The position numbers and the translations under genes are program-made. From Candidatus Goldiibacteriota bacterium HGW-Goldbacteria-1 (lineage in GTDB: Bacteria; Oederibacteriota; PGYV01): 64,000 nucleotides of DNA. Below are positions 36,894 through 45,897 of the stretch, one piece after another. The DNA lies in NCBI GenBank assembly GCA_002839855.1, contig PGYV01000006.1:16367-80366 (forward strand), read 5' to 3'. Positions within the stretch are counted from its first letter, which is position 1. Each line of letters begins with the position of its first letter. The notes below the pieces were generated by a model. That model did no database searches. It saw only the letters and a list, made by a program, of their open reading frames with translations, and was not told the DNA's origin.

Positions 36894-39800
36894 ATGAAGA
36901 TAATTGAATTTTTTGCCAAGAAACACATACTGGTAAATCTTCTGGCTGTGTTTGTGACTGCCGCGGGTTTTTATACTTTTCTTACTTCGCCCAAAGAAGC
37001 TCTGCCTGAAATCAAATTCGGGCTGATAGTGATACAGACTCTTTATCCGTCAGCCGCGCCGCAGGAAGTTGAAAAACTTATTACCACCCCGATAGAAGAG
37101 GCAATAGACGGCATAAAGGGTATTGACAGTATTACATCTTCATCATCTGAAGGGGTTTCAATAGTAAGTATCACTTTAAAATCGGGAATTAAAGACGCTT
37201 CTGTTATTTTAAATGACATTAAAGGTGCAATTGATAAAATACGCACTCTGCCCGCTGACGCGCAGGACCCGGTTGTAAGCGAACTTACAACTGATGAATT
37301 TCCGGTAATACAGCTTTCCGTTTCCGGCGGAAGCAATTACGGCGAATTAAGAGAAGCCGCAAAATTTATAGAAAACAAACTGTCTAAAATCCGCGGCGTT
37401 ACAAAGGTTGATAAAATTGGTTATTATGACAAAGTTATATGGGTTGAATCTGACGCGGAAAAGGAAAGAAAGTACGGCGTTACTCTTTTTAACATTGCCA
37501 ATGCCCTTAAAAACAGGAATATTTCAATACCCGCCGGCAATAAGGTGTTTGACGGTTATGAGAATTCCATCAGGGCCCTTGCGGAAATTAAAGACAGCAA
37601 AGATGTCGGCGGTGTGATTCTAAGGTCAAACGATGTGGGCAGATACATAAATATTGCTGACGTGGCGGATGTTTATGAAGGATTTTCTGATTCAGACTTT
37701 TTAACAAGGGCGGACGGAGAGACCGCGATACTCTTTACAATACTTAAAACAAGCGGCGATGACACGCTTCGTATCAGCAGGGATGTAAAAGAAAATATAA
37801 AAAGCATAAAAACTCTTATACCGCCGTCGGTCAGGATAAAATTTTCCAATGACACATCATTATTTGTCAAAGACAGGCTTAATATTGTATTTTCAAACGG
37901 CATAGCCGGGGCGTTTTTGGTTGTAGCCATCCTGCTTTTGATGCTAAGGCCGTCAATAGCCGTAATGACCGCGCTTGGCCTTCCTGTGGCATTTGGACTT
38001 GCGCTTATAACTTTAAAAGCGCTTGGATTATCCTATAATATGCTTTCGCTTTTTGGCTTTGTTATGGCGCTTGGGCTTCTTGTAGATGACGCCATAGTTG
38101 TGGGGGAAAATGTTTTCAGGCATATGGAAATGGGAAAAAGCGCCATGCAGTCAGCTGTTGACGGGGCCGCGGAAATGGTAATTCCCGTAACCGCGTCAGT
38201 TGCAACCACTATAGCCGCGTTTTTTCCTCTGTTAATGGTAGGCGGTGTGCTTGGAAGTTTTCTGGCGCCTATTCCGACGGCGATTATTATAGCTATTACC
38301 GCGTCATTGATGGAATGCTACATAATACTGCCTTCGCATCTGGCTTATTTCGGGCAGTTTGGCGGTTCCGGCAGGCTGGCCCCGCTGCAGGATTCATTTA
38401 CAAACACACTGAAAAATATTTACCTGAAAGTTCTTACCCCGGTTCTTAAACACAGATGGAAATTTATCGGTGTTATGATGGTTATTTTCCTGGGGGCGGT
38501 TTTCGCGGGCGGGATGAAAGGGGTGGAATTTTTCAGCCAGGAAACTGACGCCATAAACATAAAAATAAAGTGTGATAATCTTTTTTCCATAACGGATACG
38601 GATAAGGTTGTAAGGCAGATAGAACAGAAGCTTGACGGAAATCTTTTAAAAGATGACGTGGAAACAATTTTCTACTATATAGGAAAGTATCCAAATTCCC
38701 AGGGGCAGCCCGAAACCGGCAGCAATCTTGCGCAGATAGAAATTTATCTGAAATTAAAAGCTGAAAGAAAAACCAAAGACACCAATGACGTGATAAGCGC
38801 GGTCAGGCAGTTTGTAGGCAAGCCCGAAGGTGTAACCGACATAAAAATATCCGGAGTCACCAGAGAAGGCGGACCGGGAAGAAATGACATTGATTATTCG
38901 GTTGTGGGCGATTCGTATGAAAAACTTCAGCCTGCGGTTTTGGAACTTATTACGGCCGCGAAAACCATCAGCGGGGTCACTGAAATATCGGCTAACCTTG
39001 AACAGGGAAAGAAAGAACTGCGCCTTATCATGGACGAAAAGAAAGCGTCACAGGCCGGTATTATGCTGTCGGATATAGGAATGATGCTGCGCGGAGCAGT
39101 AGCGGGCGTAAAAGTAACATCAATAAAGAGGGACGGGGAAGATATAGACGTCATAGTAAAGGCAAAAGATTCAGAGATAAAATCATTAGATGACCTGCTG
39201 TCCCTGAAAATCCCAAACAGGACAGGCGCAAATATACCCCTGAAGAATCTGGTATCAATAGAAAAAGGCTACAGCTATTCCGTGCTTAAACACAAGGATA
39301 CAAAAAAGGCAATAAGTGTTCTGGGGTCTATTGATAAAAAAGAAACAACCGTAAACAGCGTAAATTCAAAACTGCTTGAAAAAATAGCGGCGCTTAAGAT
39401 GAAATATCCGGATGTTGAATTTATAACAGGCGGGGAGTTTAAAGAGATGCGGGAAACGTTCAGGTCTTTGGGGAACGCTTTTGCCGTGGCATTATTCCTT
39501 ATATTCATTATATTGGCCACGCTTTTTAATTCACTGATTCAGCCGTTTATTATAATGCTTGCAATACCTTTTGGATTTATGGGAGTTATGCTTACGCTTG
39601 CAATTCACGGCATGCCTGTATCATTCGGAGCGTTTATGGGGTTTGTGGGGCTGTCAGGCGTGGTTGTAAATAACTCTTTGATAATGACGGATTTTATAAA
39701 CAAAAATATTAAAAGCGGGATTGCTTTTGAAGAAGCTGTTTTAAGCGGTGCAATATCAAGGTTAAGGCCTATCTTTCTTACAACCGCAACCACCGCGGCC

Positions 39801-40010
39801 GGTTTATTGCCGCTGGGATACGGCCTTTTCGGCGCAAACGACCCATTCTTAAAACCTGTAGCGCTTGTTTTTGCGTGGGGTCTGATATTTTCCACGGTGG
39901 TAACTCTTTTTATGATACCGGTATTTACCGTTATGATGCACAATTTAAAAGTAACCTTTTTACGCGTTTTCCGCAAAGACAAAAACAACGAATACGCGTT
40001 TAAAAAATAG
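36894..40010 (+). CDS. RND efflux transporter (AcrB/HAE1-like), paralog 2
   Basis: The same RND motifs are present and the protein is about 45% identical to paralog 1 by eye. RBS AGGGG precedes the ATG at 36894. Confidence 0.9.
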   Translation: MKIIEFFAKKHILVNLLAVFVTAAGFYTFLTSPKEALPEIKFGLIVIQTLYPSAAPQEVEKLITTPIEEAIDGIKGIDSITSSSSEGVSIVSITLKSGIKDASVILNDIKGAIDKIRTLPADAQDPVVSELTTDEFPVIQLSVSGGSNYGELREAAKFIENKLSKIRGVTKVDKIGYYDKVIWVESDAEKERKYGVTLFNIANALKNRNISIPAGNKVFDGYENSIRALAEIKDSKDVGGVILRSNDVGRYINIADVADVYEGFSDSDFLTRADGETAILFTILKTSGDDTLRISRDVKENIKSIKTLIPPSVRIKFSNDTSLFVKDRLNIVFSNGIAGAFLVVAILLLMLRPSIAVMTALGLPVAFGLALITLKALGLSYNMLSLFGFVMALGLLVDDAIVVGENVFRHMEMGKSAMQSAVDGAAEMVIPVTASVATTIAAFFPLLMVGGVLGSFLAPIPTAIIIAITASLMECYIILPSHLAYFGQFGGSGRLAPLQDSFTNTLKNIYLKVLTPVLKHRWKFIGVMMVIFLGAVFAGGMKGVEFFSQETDAINIKIKCDNLFSITDTDKVVRQIEQKLDGNLLKDDVETIFYYIGKYPNSQGQPETGSNLAQIEIYLKLKAERKTKDTNDVISAVRQFVGKPEGVTDIKISGVTREGGPGRNDIDYSVVGDSYEKLQPAVLELITAAKTISGVTEISANLEQGKKELRLIMDEKKASQAGIMLSDIGMMLRGAVAGVKVTSIKRDGEDIDVIVKAKDSEIKSLDDLLSLKIPNRTGANIPLKNLVSIEKGYSYSVLKHKDTKKAISVLGSIDKKETTVNSVNSKLLEKIAALKMKYPDVEFITGGEFKEMRETFRSLGNAFAVALFLIFIILATLFNSLIQPFIIMLAIPFGFMGVMLTLAIHGMPVSFGAFMGFVGLSGVVVNNSLIMTDFINKNIKSGIAFEEAVLSGAISRLRPIFLTTATTAAGLLPLGYGLFGANDPFLKPVALVFAWGLIFSTVVTLFMIPVFTVMMHNLKVTFLRVFRKDKNNEYAFKK

Positions 40011-40019
40011 TTTTTTAAT

Positions 40020-40255
40020 ATTGTTATAGTTTCGTCACCCGCATTGTCCGGCTCTTTTGTTTGGTAGGCGCACCTTTTAAGGTGCGGCAGTTTATCTTGT
40101 CTTTGAACTTGTATTAATATCACGAATGCCTGCGATGTCTCAACATTCACGCTATCCGGCTCTGTTTGCTCTTGTATCTTCCAATCATCCAACCCTCCGA
40201 CCTTCTGACCCTCAGTTTTCCTTCCGTCCCTCCGCACATCCGTCCCTCTGATCTA
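40020..40255. repeat. intergenic repeat cluster
   Basis: Hairpin A at 40062-40092. The CCAACCCTCCGACC / CCGTCCCTCCG module at 40181-40250. Confidence 0.75.
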
Positions 40256-40419
40256 TTTTTGCACAAAAATAACCACAACAAAAACGCTTTTTGTTTGTCT
40301 AAATATCATTGAAACTAAAGCGTTTTTGTTAAATCGGGAATAAAGCAATTGACGGGGGATTAATTAAAAGTTATTATTTAAATGAATTAAGGGAATCAAC
40401 AAATATACGGGAGAAATTA

Positions 40420-43400
40420 ATGAACAAACTGAAAGCTAAGCTGCTCTCCTTATTAATAATATTTATTCTGGCAGGCGCGGTATTCGCCGAACCCTATACC
40501 TGGAAAAGCGTGCAGGTGGGCGGCGGCGGATTTGTGACCGGTTTTGTTTATCACCCCCTTGAACAGAACCTTCTGTACGCGCGCACAGACATGGGCGGCG
40601 CTTACAGGTGGGACAATACAAACAGCAAATGGATTCCCATAACAGATTCCATGACAAGGGACAACGCCGATAATATGGGTATTTTAGGAATGGCGGTTGA
40701 CCCGTCTGATGTAAACAGAGTCTACATGCTTTGCGGCAAATACACACAGAGCTGGGCGGTCAATGGGAATTTTCTTGCGTCAAATGATAAAGGCAATACC
40801 TGGACAATTAACGCGCTTAACTTTAAAGTGGGCGGCAACGAAGTTGGCCGCGGCGCAGGCGAAAGGGTGGCGGTTGACCCTAATCTTGGAACTGTAATAT
40901 TTGTCGGAAGCTCCGGCACCACTCCAAGCGGATTATGGAAATCCACGAACAGAGGGACTTCCTTTACACAGGTAACATCATTCCCGCAGACAATAATAAA
41001 TTTTATTATCTTTGATAAAAATTCAACTGTCACAGCCGCCGGCACACAGACGGTTTATGTGGGAGCGGGCGTTAACGGCAGCAGCCTTTATAAAAGCACG
41101 GATGGCGGCGCTACATGGACTTTGGTTGCAGGGCAGCCGGCAGGCGTGCAGGCGTTCCGCGGAGTCTTAATCGGCACCACATTTTATCTTACATACGCAA
41201 GCAATAACGGGCCCAATAACAGCAACGCCACGGGTTATGTTTATAAATACAATACATCAACAGGGGCATTCACCAATATCACGCCTGTTACCACCGGCTT
41301 TGGTTATTCCGGTATATCGGTTGACCCACAGAACACTGACAACATAATTGTTTCCACGCTGTTTCGATGGACGCCAATGGACGCTATTTATTACTCCACA
41401 AACGGCGGCACAAGCTGGACAGAAAAAAATGCGACAGCCACATGGGACAGGACATACGCGCCATATTCTGCTTCAAGCAGCCCGCACTGGGTAACAGATG
41501 TTCAGATAGACCCGTTTAACTCCAACAAAGCAATCTGGAATACCGGATACGGATTATGGATGACTTCTAACCTGCAGAGCGCGCCTGTGAAATGGGAATT
41601 TAATAACAGGGACCTTGAAGAAACGGTTCCACTGCAGATTATAAGCCCGCCTTCCGGCGCTAATCTGCTGACCGCAATGGGCGATATAGACGGTTTCAGG
41701 CACAACGATTTGGATGTTTCTCCGCCGCAGGGAAGGTACAGCCCGAATAAAGGCACCACATTATCAATAGCATTCGCGGAAAGCGTACCGCTTAAAATTG
41801 TAAAAGGGTATAATTCATCTCCGTTCGGCGCTTATTCAACTGACGGCGGCACAACGTGGATAGATTTTTCTTCTTATCCTTCCGGTACTTCAGGCGGCGG
41901 CAGCAAGGCGATTGCAATTTCCGCAAACGGCACTAACATAGTCTGGTCGCCTGCAGGTGCTGCAGTTTCATACTCTACTAATAACGGCTCTTCGTGGACA
42001 ACATCAGCGGGAAGCCCGCCGGCGAATTTTAGCCCGGTGGCTGACAGAATAAATTCAAGTAAGTTTTATTTATATGACGGTGTTACCGGCACAATGTGGC
42101 GTTCCACAAATGGCGGCGCAACATTTGCCGCTGCAGCATCAGGGCTGCCAATGGTTCCAAGCTGGGCCCCGGCTGACGGCGTCTGCGCGGCAGCGCCGGG
42201 CAATGAAGGGCACTTATGGATAACAACAGCCGCAGGCGGACTTTACAGGTCAACTGATTCAGGCGCCACAGCGGTAAAAGTAAACAGCGTTACAGCGGCT
42301 TACAGAATTGGTTTTGGAATGGCGGCATCGGGCTACACGTATCCGGCAATTTATATGCAGGGGATTGTAGGCGGGGCCCTTGGTTTCTACCGGTCAATTG
42401 ACACGGGCGCAACGTGGGAAAGAATAAATACAATTGCCAATCAGTACGGCTACGTACATCAGATAACAGGCGATCCGCGAATTTACGGCAGGTGTTATGT
42501 TTCAGCAGAAGGCCGCGGCGCGCTTTACGGCGATCCTGCAGGCACCCCAACCGACACACCGACAAGCACTTACACAGTAACACCGGGCGGCCCCACATTC
42601 ACATTCACACAGACGCCCACAGATACGGCAACCGCAACGCCTACAAACGCGTACAAACTTATATATGACGGCGATACACCGGGATACATGCTTGCTGACG
42701 GCGCTATTAATACAAATACTGCCGGTTCTTTAACCGAAGGCGCAGGCGGAGTTACAGGAAATGGAATGATAGCCGCTTATACATCCCCGGCTTATTGGGG
42801 GCAGGCGCAGTGGGACATCCCCGGCGCAAACCAGCAGATGGACGGGAATACGGATATTGTATTTAACATAAAAGCTTTAACAGGTACTGTTTCACAGTAT
42901 CTGCTTTATCTTGACTGGACTTACGCGTTTATAACTGTCGCAAACTATCTTGAAGAAGGCGGCGCGATAGACACAACATGGAAGACTGTCAGAATTCCTA
43001 TAGCGGACGTACTTTCCAATACACATACTGCCATTTATTACCTTGCGTTTATTAACAACGCCGATACAGACTACTCCGTAATAGTTGACAATGTCCGCTT
43101 TGAAGGGGCGGCCGCGGTTTCAACATCCACGTTTACAAACACCGCGACACAAACAAGTACTTACACATCAACTTACACGGCTACAAATACATACACGCAA
43201 ACGGAAACAGAAGTGCCCGCGACAAATACTTTTACGCAGACGTATACCGAAACTTTTACTGCCACAGCAACAGACACAAACCTGATATCAACCAATACTT
43301 TTACATCAACGCCTACTGATACCTCAACAGCCACATATACCAATACAGAAACACAGACTTCGGCGGATACCCCCACAGACACATTCACCAACACGTCAAC

Positions 43401-45270
43401 TTATACAAACACAGAAACAGAAACCCCCACGCAGACTTACACATTCACGGACACGGTAACCCCGGGCGGGCCCACATTTACGGACACACCTACAGCCACA
43501 CAGACTTTTACGCCTATGCCTTGCGCGTGCGGTGTGGTTTACGGCAACACCAATACAACCGCAATGGTAGGGGCAAGTATATATAATTCGCTGACCGCCA
43601 TTCCTATATATGTTTCCGAAAACACAATAATGGAAAGCATGGGTGTCCACCTTGTCTCAAGCGCCGGCGGATATATAAAGATGGCGCTTTACACAAATGA
43701 CGGGTCAGCGCCTTTGAATCTTATTGTATCTTCAACAGACACGCCTTCGGCTGCGGGCTGGAATATCGTGGACGTTGTTGATACGCCTTTAACCGCGGGT
43801 GTTTATTGGATAGTTATAAATACAGAAAGCGGAATACTGGTAAGCGCAATGGCGGGAATGCAGAACGCGGAGCTTTACACCGGATATTTCAGTGAAGCTT
43901 CCGCAATGCCGGCAACATTCCCGACAGCCGGTGTATCGCCCGGCAACGGCAGTTACGCGCTTGTAATTAACGCGTGCCCGGGTTCATGTGACACACCCAC
44001 GGAAACGCCAACGCCTGTTCTGCCGTGCATGTGTGAAGATGATTTTGGTTTACAGTATACTCCGACAGCGGCAACGGTAAATATATCCGGTTATGTTTCC
44101 GCAAACGTTTATTATATGGGATATAACGGCACATTAAGCGGAATTGACCTGCACGTGGAATCGGGTTCGGGATATGTCCGCCTTGCGGTTTATTCAAATG
44201 ACAATTCCACGGGGACAAATGTCCCTTACATACTGCAGGTGCAGACAGAAGAAACTGCGGTAACAACAGGGGATAACTTAATACCGCTGCCGTCAGCTCA
44301 TTTGAATTCAGGAATCTATTGGATAGCAATTCAAATGTCGCCCGGACTTATGGTTTCAAGGGATATAGGCAGCAGCGGCGATGAAATGTATTATGAAATG
44401 ACTTACGGAAATTTTCCAGGATTTCTGCCGTGGCCAATGGGGCAAAGCGCGGGCAATTGGGCATTCAAGGTAAACTACTGCCCGGATACCTGCAATACCC
44501 CTACAGAGACTTTTACAGCCACTTATACTTACACAGACACACAGACGGCGACATTTACGCAGACGTACACAGAAACATATACCGCAACAGAAACAGTTAC
44601 AACAGGCGGGCCTACATTTACGTTTACTGATACGCCCACAGAAACCTTTACAGAAACTGCGACAGAAATATTTACAGAGACTCCCACGGAAACAGCGGCA
44701 GAGACTGCGACATACACAAACACCGTCCCGCCCGCGTCCACTTCAACATACACGCATACAATCACTGATACATACACTTATACAGCCACGCACACTTATA
44801 CAAACACAGCGACTTTTTCACACACAAACACTTTAATACCTTCAGACACTTACACACAGACTCCGTCACAGACGCCTACAAACACCAACACTTACACGGC
44901 AACAGTAAGTGTTCCCACAAACACATTCACGCCCACACCCGTGGCAACAGAAGCGGAATTTAAGGTGAAAGACCAGCTTGCTTACCCGAACCCGGTAAAC
45001 CCCGGCGACAACCCGTATATTTTTGTGAAGTATTACGCCACAAGAAATTACAAAGAGGTTCATTTCAGAATGTATTCGTCGTCGTTAAGGCTGGTGGATG
45101 AAATCGCGTATAAAAATTCTTATACAGCGGGCAATCACGTAATCCCGATACCGGATAAACATTTTAAAGGCCTCGCCAACGGCGCTTATTACTATTTAAT
45201 TCTGCTTATTGACAACGACGGCAAAGAAGCCCGCGGCCCGGTAGGGAAGATAATAGTTCTTAAGAAGTGA
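40420..45270 (+). CDS. secreted BNR/Asp-box repeat beta-propeller glycoside hydrolase (GH74-like) with a CBM-like domain, two Cys-bracketed unknown domains, T-X linkers and C-terminal sorting domain
   Basis: At least 8 S-x-D-x-G-x-T-W type motifs are present (STDGGATW, STNGGTSW, STDGGTTW, STNNGSSW, STNGGATF, STDSGATA, SIDTGATW). The CBM-like domain at 42655-43110 is homologous to the one at 7244-7700. The tandem domains lie at 43505-43990 and 44000-44490. The C-terminal domain lies at 44940-45267. Confidence 0.6.
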   Translation: MNKLKAKLLSLLIIFILAGAVFAEPYTWKSVQVGGGGFVTGFVYHPLEQNLLYARTDMGGAYRWDNTNSKWIPITDSMTRDNADNMGILGMAVDPSDVNRVYMLCGKYTQSWAVNGNFLASNDKGNTWTINALNFKVGGNEVGRGAGERVAVDPNLGTVIFVGSSGTTPSGLWKSTNRGTSFTQVTSFPQTIINFIIFDKNSTVTAAGTQTVYVGAGVNGSSLYKSTDGGATWTLVAGQPAGVQAFRGVLIGTTFYLTYASNNGPNNSNATGYVYKYNTSTGAFTNITPVTTGFGYSGISVDPQNTDNIIVSTLFRWTPMDAIYYSTNGGTSWTEKNATATWDRTYAPYSASSSPHWVTDVQIDPFNSNKAIWNTGYGLWMTSNLQSAPVKWEFNNRDLEETVPLQIISPPSGANLLTAMGDIDGFRHNDLDVSPPQGRYSPNKGTTLSIAFAESVPLKIVKGYNSSPFGAYSTDGGTTWIDFSSYPSGTSGGGSKAIAISANGTNIVWSPAGAAVSYSTNNGSSWTTSAGSPPANFSPVADRINSSKFYLYDGVTGTMWRSTNGGATFAAAASGLPMVPSWAPADGVCAAAPGNEGHLWITTAAGGLYRSTDSGATAVKVNSVTAAYRIGFGMAASGYTYPAIYMQGIVGGALGFYRSIDTGATWERINTIANQYGYVHQITGDPRIYGRCYVSAEGRGALYGDPAGTPTDTPTSTYTVTPGGPTFTFTQTPTDTATATPTNAYKLIYDGDTPGYMLADGAINTNTAGSLTEGAGGVTGNGMIAAYTSPAYWGQAQWDIPGANQQMDGNTDIVFNIKALTGTVSQYLLYLDWTYAFITVANYLEEGGAIDTTWKTVRIPIADVLSNTHTAIYYLAFINNADTDYSVIVDNVRFEGAAAVSTSTFTNTATQTSTYTSTYTATNTYTQTETEVPATNTFTQTYTETFTATATDTNLISTNTFTSTPTDTSTATYTNTETQTSADTPTDTFTNTSTYTNTETETPTQTYTFTDTVTPGGPTFTDTPTATQTFTPMPCACGVVYGNTNTTAMVGASIYNSLTAIPIYVSENTIMESMGVHLVSSAGGYIKMALYTNDGSAPLNLIVSSTDTPSAAGWNIVDVVDTPLTAGVYWIVINTESGILVSAMAGMQNAELYTGYFSEASAMPATFPTAGVSPGNGSYALVINACPGSCDTPTETPTPVLPCMCEDDFGLQYTPTAATVNISGYVSANVYYMGYNGTLSGIDLHVESGSGYVRLAVYSNDNSTGTNVPYILQVQTEETAVTTGDNLIPLPSAHLNSGIYWIAIQMSPGLMVSRDIGSSGDEMYYEMTYGNFPGFLPWPMGQSAGNWAFKVNYCPDTCNTPTETFTATYTYTDTQTATFTQTYTETYTATETVTTGGPTFTFTDTPTETFTETATEIFTETPTETAAETATYTNTVPPASTSTYTHTITDTYTYTATHTYTNTATFSHTNTLIPSDTYTQTPSQTPTNTNTYTATVSVPTNTFTPTPVATEAEFKVKDQLAYPNPVNPGDNPYIFVKYYATRNYKEVHFRMYSSSLRLVDEIAYKNSYTAGNHVIPIPDKHFKGLANGAYYYLILLIDNDGKEARGPVGKIIVLKK

Positions 45271-45271
45271 C

Positions 45272-45850
45272 GCAGCTTGGCAGCTAGGCGGCTAAGCAGC
45301 TAGGCTAAAAAAAAATAAGGTTTGGTAGGCGCACCCTTCAGGGTGCGGCAGTTGGTCTTGTTTTATTTCAATCTAAACACCGCACCCTAAAGGGTGCGGC
45401 TACCAAACCAAAGCAAATAACGGATTGTATATAAAAATGTTTCAGATGTGGTAGACGCGGGTCTTTATCCCGCGGCAGTTAATGTGTAAATCCCGGTAAT
45501 TTCTTCGCTATAGCTTAATTGCTTAACCCGCTTATGCTTAATATTTATAATGCCATTTGTGACTATAATCACTGTTTTTTCATCTTTATTAAGTATAATT
45601 GTTATAGATGTAGGGGCGGTGTTTTAGGCAGAGATGGTGAGGTAAAAGCGGCGGATGAAAATCCGCCGCTTTTATTTTTAGCAAATATGTTTTTTAAAGT
45701 AGAGACGCAACATGTTGCGTCTCTACTTTAAAATATAAAACCCGCACCCTAAAGGGTACGCCTACCAGATCCATGCCAAACCTTCCGTCCCTCCGGCCAT
45801 CGTGTTTTTATGCCAAGCCTCCAACCATCCAAGCCTCTAAGCCTCCGCCT
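45272..45850. repeat. composite palindromic intergenic element
   Basis: Arm (GCAGCTWGGC)n at 45272-45305. Hairpin A at 45323-54 and its inverted copy at 45379-45408. Hairpin B at 45448-80. A terminator-like hairpin at 45645-80. Palindrome C at 45697-45730. Inverted hairpin A at 45741-68. Right arm CCGTCCCTCC...CCAAGCCTCCAACCATCCAAGCCTCTAAGCCTCC at 45781-45850. Confidence 0.8.
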
Positions 45851-45897
45851 TTAAAAAACAATATCTTTATCTCAATAATTATTATATAATTTTCATC

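Noticed and set aside
33539-40010. Possibility that one of the two RND genes is actually the missing membrane-fusion protein
   Set aside because: Both are over 1000 aa and carry the full 12-TM RND motif set (VDDAIVVGEN, FNSL.QPFIIMLAIPFG). Neither resembles an HlyD/AcrA-type lipoprotein
45519-45731. 70-aa ORF in the spacer upstream of murJ
   Set aside because: No RBS or homology. It spans a terminator hairpin and palindrome C, and is more plausibly non-coding
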